DNA from: a plasmid
Length of the DNA stretch: 18,117 nucleotides
Reading direction: 5' to 3' (one strand)
Sequence record: NZ_CP065264.1
In this document: positions 9,047-16,337 of the stretch, piece after piece
Layout: each line of letters opens with the position of its first letter
Numbering within the stretch: the first letter of the stretch is position 1
Made by a program: the position numbers and the translations under genes
Notes under the pieces: generated by a model
What the model saw: only the letters and a program-made list of their open reading frames with translations
What the model was told of the DNA's origin: nothing
Database searches by the model: none

Positions 9047-11410
9047 TTAGAGGCCACTGATCCTCTCGGCAGCCGCCACCGCATACGTGGCATCGGCCAG
9101 GTTCGGCTCCTCAGCGCTCAGATGCATCGCCGCCTCCAGGATCTGCGCAGAGATCCACATCGGCCGATATACGGCCTGCATCATCATCTCTACTTCGCCC
9201 GGCGGACCATACTCGCCCGCACCCGTGCGGTTAGTGGAGGCGAGCTGCTGGCGCAGGCGATGCTCACGGCGCAACTCATCGGCCAACTTCTCCGAAACAC
9301 GTTGCTGAGCACCAAGACTGGCGAAAGCATCATGGCCGCACGTGGGCAACTCAGAGCCTTCTGTCAGCGGCAACAGGCGGCGAGCGCGAAGCGCCAAATC
9401 ATCGATCACAGCCTGAGGATGATCCTTGGCCGCGCTCAGCCGCTCGTGCGCGCCGGGCTCAAGTGAATTCACGCGGTGATACCGATCAAAAGTCAGTCCT
9501 GGATCTTCGGCATTCCACGCGAACGGGCTGGCGTCTCGATCAACCCAGCACACCGGGATCTCCCGACGCTCAGCAGCAGTCGTCGAGCCCGACGTGGCCA
9601 GGCCCAGTAGAGGAGTGCCGCCCGCTGCCACGCGAGCATCGCCGTACTCAATCATCACGCGTGTCACGTCGATCCAACCGAACCAGCGCCGCAAGAAATC
9701 CAGCGGCAGGGCTGGATCCGTCAGGGCCGGAACCAACGTTCTGACGGGAATCACTGGCTGCGGTATGCAACCCCAACCGTAATTCGACACCATCAGCGTC
9801 CCTATGCCGCCGTACGGCATCTCGAACAACCCCACCGCGAACTCAACATGCCACCACTCCTGGCGACACGCATGCAACAGCTCCCACACCAACATCCGTG
9901 CCGGACCAAAATCAGGCCACCCGACTTGCTCGGCCGCACGCTCCACAGCGGCCCCGGCCGCCCCTGAACCCGCCAACAACGCACCAGGTGCGCCAGTCCC
10001 GCCACCAGGATTCGGCGGCGCAGCCGGTCCAACCGGAGCACCAGGGGAAGGAGCAGCCGCAGTGGCGCTACCGCTTCCACTTGCGCGTATATCCGACCCG
10101 AACGGTGGCAACGAACCCCCACCAGCAGCCGGGACCGCAGAAGGGCCGGGACCAACCGGCGCCACCGGAACAGGCTGCGCACCAGCACTACTCAGAGCAA
10201 CCGCAGCCGGTGTCCCACCAGCACCAGGTACTGCGCCCGGAGCGCCGAGAGGTGTCGGCGACATCGGCGGCCGAACACCCTCAGCCGGCGCCAACGGCCG
10301 CACCACAGCAGGTGCAGCAGGAGCCGAGGCGGCCGACGTGAACCCCTTTGCAAAATCCTGCACCGGCCCGCTAGGCGCTGCCGATGGTACGGCACCCAGA
10401 CGCGGAACAGACGAACCATTTCCCAAGCCGCCCAACGAATTCGACGGCTTCATGCCCGACGACAAACCACCCAGCATCGACGACCCGCTGCCTGAGCCCG
10501 CGCTAGGACTCATCCCACCCGCCAACGGCGAAGCCGGAATACCGCGTCCAGCAGCCGAACCCACACCAGGATCGGCGACACCCGGTGTCCCGGACGTTGC
10601 CCTATGTGCCGCCGATGATTCGGGCGTCGAACCGTCGGCTTGGCTTTGATCGGCCCGTCCGGAGGACTCGCCTTGAGACGTGGAGCGATGGCCGTTTTTC
10701 GCGGAGTCGCTTTCTGAAGCTGGTTCACGGCCATTGTCTCCCTCGGATGGAGGAGACATCGGTCTGTGATCGCGCCGGACTCCGCCACCTTTTTCTGTTA
10801 CCGAGTCGACCGGGTGGACTGCATTCCCGCCGTGAGGTGCAGGTGCGCCAGACCCGTTCTTACTGGCAGCTGCGCCAGTCCATACAGGCGCGGCGGCTGC
10901 CAGAGCTTCGATCTCAGCGGTGGCTTTGGCCACCGCTGCATCGACCTCTAGACCAGCGGCAGGGACTATCCTCGCGATCTCCGCGCCCAGCGCCATCGGG
11001 TTTCCCGCGAACTTCGCTTCGGCTGCTTCGATCTCGGCGTGTGCTTCCTCGTCGATACGCATGATTTCGAGCCGCAATGTCTGTTGAATCGCGCCCGCTT
11101 GAAACAGCATGGGCGATTCCTTCGCGCACCCCTCGGCCAGCTCGTTCCATAGGCCCAATTCCTGCTTATAGGCGTGCACTGAGGCCGCGGCAAAAATGCC
11201 CTTCTCCTCAGACTCGACCTCGGCGATAGCGCGTCGCACGCTCCCGGCCGCCGCCTGCGCATTTTCGTGCTCAGCGCGCCCAGCAGCAGCTAGATCACCG
11301 ATCAGGCTCGGCGGGCACTCTGGCCAGCCCTTGCGGATAATCACCTTGGAGAAACGACGGTTCGGCATCGACAGGGCCATAAAACTCACACTAAGCCCGC
11401 AGAGCCGCAC
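9047..11410 (-). CDS. 787-aa three-part protein: N-terminal alpha-helical domain (~200 aa), a ~330-aa Gly/Ser/Ala/Pro-rich disordered linker, and a ~300-aa Cys/Trp/His-containing globular C-terminal domain. Its architecture resembles ESX-associated Esp/CpnT-like secreted effectors.
   Basis: A continuous 2.36-kb frame with three distinct compositional modules. The linker is the cause of the spurious antisense ORF at 9804-10649. The C-domain contains WELLHACRQEWWHVEF, SNYGWGCIPQ and PTCGHDAF. The exact start is uncertain; GTG 11410 or ATG about 11380. Confidence 0.65.
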   Translation of the reverse strand: MRLCGLSVSFMALSMPNRRFSKVIIRKGWPECPPSLIGDLAAAGRAEHENAQAAAGSVRRAIAEVESEEKGIFAAASVHAYKQELGLWNELAEGCAKESPMLFQAGAIQQTLRLEIMRIDEEAHAEIEAAEAKFAGNPMALGAEIARIVPAAGLEVDAAVAKATAEIEALAAAAPVWTGAAASKNGSGAPAPHGGNAVHPVDSVTEKGGGVRRDHRPMSPPSEGDNGREPASESDSAKNGHRSTSQGESSGRADQSQADGSTPESSAAHRATSGTPGVADPGVGSAAGRGIPASPLAGGMSPSAGSGSGSSMLGGLSSGMKPSNSLGGLGNGSSVPRLGAVPSAAPSGPVQDFAKGFTSAASAPAAPAVVRPLAPAEGVRPPMSPTPLGAPGAVPGAGGTPAAVALSSAGAQPVPVAPVGPGPSAVPAAGGGSLPPFGSDIRASGSGSATAAAPSPGAPVGPAAPPNPGGGTGAPGALLAGSGAAGAAVERAAEQVGWPDFGPARMLVWELLHACRQEWWHVEFAVGLFEMPYGGIGTLMVSNYGWGCIPQPVIPVRTLVPALTDPALPLDFLRRWFGWIDVTRVMIEYGDARVAAGGTPLLGLATSGSTTAAERREIPVCWVDRDASPFAWNAEDPGLTFDRYHRVNSLEPGAHERLSAAKDHPQAVIDDLALRARRLLPLTEGSELPTCGHDAFASLGAQQRVSEKLADELRREHRLRQQLASTNRTGAGEYGPPGEVEMMMQAVYRPMWISAQILEAAMHLSAEEPNLADATYAVAAAERISGL

Positions 11411-11440
11411 TTTCCCGGGTCGAAATTTTGTTCGATCAAG

Positions 11441-12043
11441 CTACGGGACCACCGGCTCACCGAGCTGGCGGCAATAACCATTAATAGGGTTTCCGACCTC
11501 GGCTGAGTCGTTGAATATGTACCGCGCGTCGGCGGTCCAAAACTCATCGTGCACAACCAGATTTACCGCGACAGTTCGATCAATCATCCGGCGGCCAGCC
11601 CGATCTAGCCATCCTGAACCTTGCGCCCTAACCAGGGTATCCAGAGATCCCTTCGTGCGATCGGCCCAGCCGTTGACCCAGGAGCTATAGCGTTGGAACT
11701 CAGCACCAGTCGGTCCGTGGTCGATCACTGCCGATGGCATCATGTCGATGGTTTCGGCGAGTAACGGGCGCATCGTGCGGCACCACTGCTTGTCGGATTC
11801 CTTATTGAAGATGAAACTCTCGACAGTCGCCGACCCGGACGGAGAAGTTGATGAGGCGGCGGGTGGTGAGACATCCTTGCGAGCTGACCCGGCAATGAAG
11901 ACAGCGGCCACCGCACCGATCAACGCCGCCGCGCTCATCACCGCCGCCGCCACGACCAATCCGCGCTGGCGCGGCGGAGGCGGAGAACCTGCTGGGCCGG
12001 GCATGTAGTGTTGCGGTGCAACGTAATTCGGTGAACCGTCCAT
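11441..12043 (-). CDS. Membrane-anchored protein, 200 aa: a Pro-rich N-terminus, a single TM helix (LVVAAAVMSAAALIGAVAAVFIAG), then a ~130-aa extracytoplasmic domain.
   Basis: ATG at 12043 shares one nucleotide with the upstream gene's stop (TGATG overlap). It lies 30 nt upstream of the 787-aa gene. Confidence 0.6.
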   Translation of the reverse strand: MDGSPNYVAPQHYMPGPAGSPPPPRQRGLVVAAAVMSAAALIGAVAAVFIAGSARKDVSPPAASSTSPSGSATVESFIFNKESDKQWCRTMRPLLAETIDMMPSAVIDHGPTGAEFQRYSSWVNGWADRTKGSLDTLVRAQGSGWLDRAGRRMIDRTVAVNLVVHDEFWTADARYIFNDSAEVGNPINGYCRQLGEPVVP

Positions 12044-12690
12044 CAGATTTCCCGCACACTAGCCTGCTCGCCAGCAGCTTTCGTGTCGGCCGAATCAATC
12101 AGTGTGATCCCGCCGTGGCGACCTACAGCGTTCGACGAACCCTGCCCGCCGGCATGAGTTTTACCCGCAGCCTTAAACGCAGCGAATTTCGCCACCAAAG
12201 TACCCACCGCCGCATCAGTAGGACTGGTGCCCACAGCAGCAGGAGCACCCGAAGTATGAGCCGCATGCTCGGCAGATTCCGCTTCCGCCTTACTAGTAGC
12301 GGCCCGAGCCTTCTCCGGATCGAGCCGCACCTGCTGCCCCGAACCCCCAGGACCAGCCCCTGGAATCGAGCTGGCAGCGGGCGCAGTCGCACTCGTCGGC
12401 GAAGCTAACCCTTGAAGCATCGACAGCGGCTGCTGAATACCCGACAGCGCCGGGCTTACAGCCTGCGACAACTGGTTAGGCAACTGACCGACTTGCGAGC
12501 CGATCTCCTGGACAGGCTGCAAGAAGGTCGATGGGTCAATGCCGTTGGCGGGCAAATCAGAACCGAGGCCCGACGCATCCGCACTACCGGCGGAATCCGC
12601 AGGAGACGCACTGTGCGAGGCAGCTGCGCCAGGCTCACGCTCATCACCAAGCTCTTGTCCAGAGTGCGGATCTGGTGAAGCCGCGTTCAT
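12043..12690 (-). CDS. Low-complexity Ala/Ser/Gly/Gln-rich 215-aa protein, unknown. Contains Gln-rich repeats such as LPNQLSQAVSPALSGIQQPLSMLQGL.
   Basis: ATG at 12690 overlaps the stop of the upstream 180-aa gene (ATGA). No TM segment. Compositional bias is the only signal. Confidence 0.5.
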   Translation of the reverse strand: MNAASPDPHSGQELGDEREPGAAASHSASPADSAGSADASGLGSDLPANGIDPSTFLQPVQEIGSQVGQLPNQLSQAVSPALSGIQQPLSMLQGLASPTSATAPAASSIPGAGPGGSGQQVRLDPEKARAATSKAEAESAEHAAHTSGAPAAVGTSPTDAAVGTLVAKFAAFKAAGKTHAGGQGSSNAVGRHGGITLIDSADTKAAGEQASVREI

Positions 12691-13229
12691 AACGGCATCG
12701 TATCCCCAGGTGGAGGACTATGAGTGGGTGGATTCGGCTTCATTGCGCATATCGGGCACACAGCCAGAAACTCCTTGTGCTTGATGTCCGCCGCCTCACG
12801 GCGCTGTGCACCCATCCGCTGCGCCATACCAACGAGATCCCCGGTGCGATCGTCAAAATACGCATCACGCAACAGCCACGCCTGTTTTTCTGCAACCGGT
12901 AGGGACTGCCACTGATCAGACTTCATTACCGTCGCGGTGAATTCGCGCCGCTGGCGGGACTCCGCCCCCCGAGCCCGGATTTCGGCCTCAAGGAAATCAC
13001 GCAGATGAGTACGCCACGCATCGGCAGCAGCAGCCGCAGCCTCGATCGCATCAATTCGCTCAGCGATCGTTTTCTGCGGGTCGGATAACGCCGACGCCGT
13101 TTCGTACAGTTCCCCCAGTACATCTAGCGGCGGTACCCACCGATCGGCAGACACCACCTGCCCTTTCAAAACAGACGGCGACAAGGTCCACGGATCAAAC
13201 GGCGGATCTGGCGGCTGCGGAGTACTCAT
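12687..13229 (-). CDS. Hypothetical 180-aa protein and first gene of the minus-strand operon. It has a CPIC motif near the C-terminus.
   Basis: ATG at 13229 starts it. Its stop is coupled to the next gene through an ATGA overlap. No recognisable family. Confidence 0.55.
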   Translation of the reverse strand: MSTPQPPDPPFDPWTLSPSVLKGQVVSADRWVPPLDVLGELYETASALSDPQKTIAERIDAIEAAAAAADAWRTHLRDFLEAEIRARGAESRQRREFTATVMKSDQWQSLPVAEKQAWLLRDAYFDDRTGDLVGMAQRMGAQRREAADIKHKEFLAVCPICAMKPNPPTHSPPPGDTMPL

Positions 13230-13295
13230 ACCCGCATCGTATGCCCAGTTTCAGCCCCGTGAACGGGGTCAATTTCGCGAGGCCCGTGCGGCACT

Positions 13296-13432
13296 TCCCC
13301 TCCCCTCTGGCCCTGATTGTGCGTTGGGTGGTGGTGCTGTCAAGGCCATGCCGCTGCGCGGTCGGTCAAAGCCCGAGCCTTGACAGCACCACCACCCAAC
13401 GTGAGATCGGCCAATATGAGGGAAGGGGAAAA
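13296..13432. promoter_or_regulatory. 137-bp palindromic divergent control region. Its core is a perfect 25-bp inverted repeat (13322-13346 and 13377-13401) separated by a 30-nt loop.
   Basis: CGTTGGGTGGTGGTGCTGTCAAGGC ... GCCTTGACAGCACCACCACCCAACG. Outer arms TCCCCTCCCCT / AGGGAAGGGGA match at 10 of 11 positions. The region lies between the operon start (13229, -) and the 193-aa gene (13438, +). Confidence 0.5.
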
Positions 13433-13437
13433 ATCAG

Positions 13438-14019
13438 GTGATCCCCGATAACCAGCCTTTGCCGCCACTGATAGCTACTGTGATCAGTATGGAGCTTTCC
13501 GGTCGTTACCTGCGGCTTTTAGACACCTACGAGGAATACCTCGTGTTGCGTGACATGCTCAACAGAATCGACGAAGTATTGGTTTCCGCCGAACGCAGCA
13601 GGGTCGAGGAACGACCACTATTCACCGTGCGCCACATGCACGACCTCTATGCAGCGTCCCCGTACATCGAAGTCTCATTCGACCGCCAGCGCGAGGCCGA
13701 GCGAGCCCTGGCCGCCGCGGTGGAAACATACCGCAAAGCGTTCCACGCAGTAACCCGGGGCCGCGAAGATGTCACGAAAATTGTTGCCAAGCAAGGACTT
13801 CCCTACCCAATCGATTTAGAATCCGATTCCCGTAAGCGGCCCGCACTGTTGCCCTGGTGGCAACGCGTCGGCCGTTATCAGTGGCGCGGCGGAGAGATAT
13901 TCATCGAACGGCCAACAGGCGACAGATTCCAGCCCATGAACAGCCCAGACCCCACACAGGCCATCGAGATTGAACGCAGCGCTGGCCGCCGCGAGATCAC
14001 TTCGCAACAGCCCACCTGA
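13438..14019 (+). CDS. Hypothetical 193-aa cytoplasmic protein and first gene of the lower-GC accessory island.
   Basis: GTG at 13438 is preceded by GAGGGAAGGGGAAAAA (SD-like); the alternative start is ATG 13489. Codon third positions are GC-biased as in a real frame. No known motif. Confidence 0.5.
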   Translation: MIPDNQPLPPLIATVISMELSGRYLRLLDTYEEYLVLRDMLNRIDEVLVSAERSRVEERPLFTVRHMHDLYAASPYIEVSFDRQREAERALAAAVETYRKAFHAVTRGREDVTKIVAKQGLPYPIDLESDSRKRPALLPWWQRVGRYQWRGGEIFIERPTGDRFQPMNSPDPTQAIEIERSAGRREITSQQPT

Positions 14020-14095
14020 TCAGGCAAGCAGTGCATGGTGCGCGCTTGTCGCGCCGCGGCGAAGGTTCTGCACCCCTACGTGGTTCCCTCCGCGC

Positions 14096-14284
14096 ATGTC
14101 AGACACCACCACCATCGTCATCACAATCATCCTCGTGATCATCACCATCGTGACGATCACCGAGTTCTTCCTGTTGGCCGCCTACATCGTCTACAAGACC
14201 GGCGCCACCACAGGCATCGCCGACATCGGCCGCGCGGTGGCGGCGATCATCGCAGCCATCACCAACAACCCACCGCCGCCCTAG
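14096..14284 (+). CDS. 62-aa small membrane peptide with two predicted TM helices (ITIILVIITIVTITEFFLLAAYIVY and IADIGRAVAAIIAAI) and a C-terminal NNPPPP tail. Candidate toxin, holin-like or exclusion peptide.
   Basis: ATG at 14096. About 90% of third positions in this frame are G/C (atC gtC atC acA atC ...), as expected for a real coding frame in this replicon. The overlapping His-rich frame 14035-14706 lacks that bias. It lies in an ATC/ACC triplet-rich tract. Confidence 0.5.
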   Translation: MSDTTTIVITIILVIITIVTITEFFLLAAYIVYKTGATTGIADIGRAVAAIIAAITNNPPPP

Positions 14285-14429
14285 CTGTCCGTCTCGTTTC
14301 TAAAGATCCTGGACAGCACAAACGCTGGGCGATCGGCGATCAAAAACGCCTAGTCGTGGCGTCTCATATCTCGTCTCGCGCCGCGTGTCTCGGATCTGCC
14401 TTGTCACTGGCTCGTGAGACAGTGCGTGA
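14285..14429. promoter_or_regulatory. Candidate res (resolution) site and promoter for the serine recombinase.
   Basis: TGTC/GACA-type half-sites: CTGTCC (14285-14290) ... GGACAG (14311-14316). There are several GTCTCG/CGTCTC copies near 14291, 14356, 14369 and 14384, and an inverted GAGACAG near 14416. Tn3/gamma-delta family res subsites have TGTCYNNTA-type half-sites immediately upstream of the resolvase gene. Confidence 0.35.
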
Positions 14430-15014
14430 GTGGCAACGACACTCGGATATGCGCGAGTCAGCACAGCAGGCCAAGACCTCGATGTGCAACTGGCACAGCT
14501 CGCCAACGCCGGAGCGGACGCCGGCCGAATCTTCACCGACAAGATCTCCGGTGCTGCCGGATCACTGCGCCCTGGCCTCACGTCCCTACTGGACTACTCC
14601 CGCCCGGGTGACATCGTGGTCGTCACCGCCATCGACCGCCTCGGCCGATCGGTCGTTGAAATTACCCGAACTATCGCTGAACTGGGACAACGCGAAATCA
14701 CCTTGAAAGCCCTACGCGAAGGAATCGATACCTCCTCCCCCACCGGCCGCGCCGTCGCCGCGATCATGGCCACGCTCGCCGAACTCGAACTCGAACTCGG
14801 CAGGGAACGGCGAGCCGCCTCCCGACAAGCTCGACGTGAGCGCCACCTACCGGCCACCAAGCCCCCCAAACTCAGCCTTGAACGGCAAGAACAACTGCGT
14901 CGCCTTGCAGCTACAGGTGAACCCGTACGCGAGCTAGCGGCCGCTTTCGGAATCGGCCGCGCCACGGCCTACCGCTACCTAGCTCAACACGAGGAATCGC
15001 TGAAGAGTCCGTGA
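14430..15014 (+). CDS. Serine recombinase of the small resolvase/invertase type, with a C-terminal HTH.
   Basis: The N-terminus MATTLGYARVSTAGQDLDVQ carries the catalytic-Ser motif GYARVST..QD. The C-terminal HTH is ELAAAFGIGRATAYRYL. GTG start at 14430; 194 aa. Confidence 0.9.
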   Translation: MATTLGYARVSTAGQDLDVQLAQLANAGADAGRIFTDKISGAAGSLRPGLTSLLDYSRPGDIVVVTAIDRLGRSVVEITRTIAELGQREITLKALREGIDTSSPTGRAVAAIMATLAELELELGRERRAASRQARRERHLPATKPPKLSLERQEQLRRLAATGEPVRELAAAFGIGRATAYRYLAQHEESLKSP

Positions 15015-15202
15015 GAGGCGAAGTCCTCCAAAGACTCCAACAGCACCGCCATGGAAGCTGCGCACTCACGTACGAGTGACAGCAGTTCGGTGTCACCGCG
15101 TGCGAGCGCTTCGGCCTCGGCTTTAGCGGCCTCTATGCAGAAGTTCCGCCGGGCTAAAGGCAGCCATCCGTACTGTCGGTCCACCGCCTGCCCACCACTC
15201 AT
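14984..15202 (-). CDS. Possible small 72-aa helical protein downstream of abi and antisense to the last 31 nt of the resolvase gene. Speculative.
   Basis: ATG start with about 70% third-position GC and a plausible helical sequence (ELLSLVRECAASMAVLLESLEDF). No family match and no clear RBS. Confidence 0.2.
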   Translation of the reverse strand: MSGGQAVDRQYGWLPLARRNFCIEAAKAEAEALARGDTELLSLVRECAASMAVLLESLEDFASHGLFSDSSC

Positions 15203-15376
15203 GAAGTCAGCATATACGCATCTCAGTATTTACTGCAATAGGGTGAACGGGCCAGATGTCATCAATGGCACCAAGGTCATGAAGTCGCCAACTTGCCTAC
15301 GGTCCCCTCTCAGGTACGGAGGAAGGCGCAGAACCAGGTGTGGGCGCTTGGGATGCGTATGTACGCAAATACGGAT

Positions 15377-16138
15377 TTACGGATTACTTGGGCGCGCTGC
15401 CAATATTGCGCGTACGCGGCTGCGGTTTTGCGCCCAGTCCCGCAGGTCATGGCTGATGGAGTTCAGCAGCGGCAGAAGCACCCGATCATGTAGGTGAGCG
15501 ACATCGATGTAGAGCAGGGAATCCATATGCGAAACCTTGTTACGGAGTTTCCGCAGGTCGCGAACTTTGTTCCCGGTGCCATAGCCTCTCGGGTCGTTCG
15601 TTGCGTTGGGAAACCCGCGATGTAAGCACTGACGCCATAGATCGCGGCGCGCTTGCAAGTTGCCGAGATCCTGAACCGGGTTCCCCCGGCCGTCGACCCA
15701 ACGGGCGTCGAATTTCTCCGGCAGCATCCGTGCCCAGGTCCCGAACATAATGTGCGCGACCAGATCATCATGATTCGGTGCGTGACCTCGGCGTGGATGT
15801 CCGTGCACACGTTCTTTCTGTGAAAGGTCGGCCGCCCCGTACAACCGGTGGCGTGTAGTCGAGAACACCTCGGCTACAGACAGATAGGGAAGAGCTGAGA
15901 CGTGATCGATCCATTCCTCAGTGCCGCAGTGAGTCACCGACCATGACCGCAGCTCGACATCGATCGCATGCCTAACCGCCACTTCGGCGATACCTAGTAG
16001 CTCTTGAAGTGCCGATGTCAGTTCGATGTTCCACTCGTAGAGCGCCAGCGCGTCAGCGTCAGAACCGCCCGCGCCGCGGTAATGGCTCAGCCGCGCACGA
16101 TGGAGGTGCTTAAGAACCTCGCCCGGCTCGACAGTCAT
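15377..16138 (-). CDS. Abi-like abortive-infection protein, Abi_2 / AbiD-AbiF family.
   Basis: The N-terminal signature LSHYRGAGGSDADALALYEWNIELTSALQELLGIAEVAVRHAIDVEL matches the conserved R..Y..D...AL.LY.WN..L..A....L...EV.LRNAI block of Abi_2 proteins. 253 aa; lower GC than the backbone. Confidence 0.7.
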   Translation of the reverse strand: MTVEPGEVLKHLHRARLSHYRGAGGSDADALALYEWNIELTSALQELLGIAEVAVRHAIDVELRSWSVTHCGTEEWIDHVSALPYLSVAEVFSTTRHRLYGAADLSQKERVHGHPRRGHAPNHDDLVAHIMFGTWARMLPEKFDARWVDGRGNPVQDLGNLQARRDLWRQCLHRGFPNATNDPRGYGTGNKVRDLRKLRNKVSHMDSLLYIDVAHLHDRVLLPLLNSISHDLRDWAQNRSRVRAILAARPSNP

Positions 16139-16164
16139 GGTTGGTCACTGTGCCACAGAAACAG

Positions 16165-16197
16165 AGAAGCCCCTCGGGACAGGCCCGAGAGGCTTCT
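16165..16197 (-). terminator. Stem-loop AGAAGCCCCTCGGG-acagg-CCCGAGAGGCTTCT, candidate terminator for the parA-parG operon just upstream of abi.
   Basis: A 14-bp stem with one mismatch and a 5-nt loop. On the minus strand it is followed by TCTGTTTCTGTGG (U-rich). It lies 140 nt downstream of the parG-like stop. Confidence 0.35.
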
Positions 16198-16244
16198 TCA
16201 CAAACAACCAGACGAAGCTGATTGCATCGTGAGGACAGATTAGC

Positions 16245-16289
16245 ACAATTCCACACAATTCCGCAGGGCTGCGGAAACCTGCGGAATTG
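16245..16289. promoter_or_regulatory. Tandem 9-bp direct repeat CACAATTCC x2 overlapping a perfect 12-bp inverted repeat CAATTCCGCAGG / CCTGCGGAATTG with a 10-nt spacer. Candidate operator or centromere-like site.
   Basis: Read directly from the sequence. It lies in the abi upstream and par downstream intergenic region. Confidence 0.3.
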
Positions 16290-16337
16290 CCAGCTCGACT
16301 CGGTTATCCGTATATCAGTATTTACGTGTATACGTAT

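Noticed and set aside
8717-9466. 249-aa plus-strand ORF spanning the 136-aa gene and the 3' end of the 787-aa gene
   Set aside because: Arg/His-rich junk-like translation across two minus-strand genes that have better coding character.
9804-10649. 281-aa plus-strand ORF (also 9898-10341) opposite the 787-aa gene
   Set aside because: It mirrors the Gly/Ser/Ala/Pro linker of the minus-strand protein and is low-complexity throughout. It is an artefact of the repetitive GC-rich linker.
14035-14706. 223-aa His-rich ORF (HHHHRHHNHPRDHHHRDDHR...) that looks like a metal-binding protein
   Set aside because: It is the alternate frame of the ATC/ACC tract. It lacks third-position GC bias, runs through the candidate res site and into the resolvase gene out of frame. 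The hydrophobic frame, which starts at ATG 14096 and is represented in the track by ORF 13970-14284, is the one with coding statistics.
15051-15497. 148-aa plus-strand ORF between the resolvase and abi
   Set aside because: It spans the AT-rich repeat spacer and the 3' end of abi on the opposite strand. The translation is Arg/Ser/Cys-rich with no coding bias.
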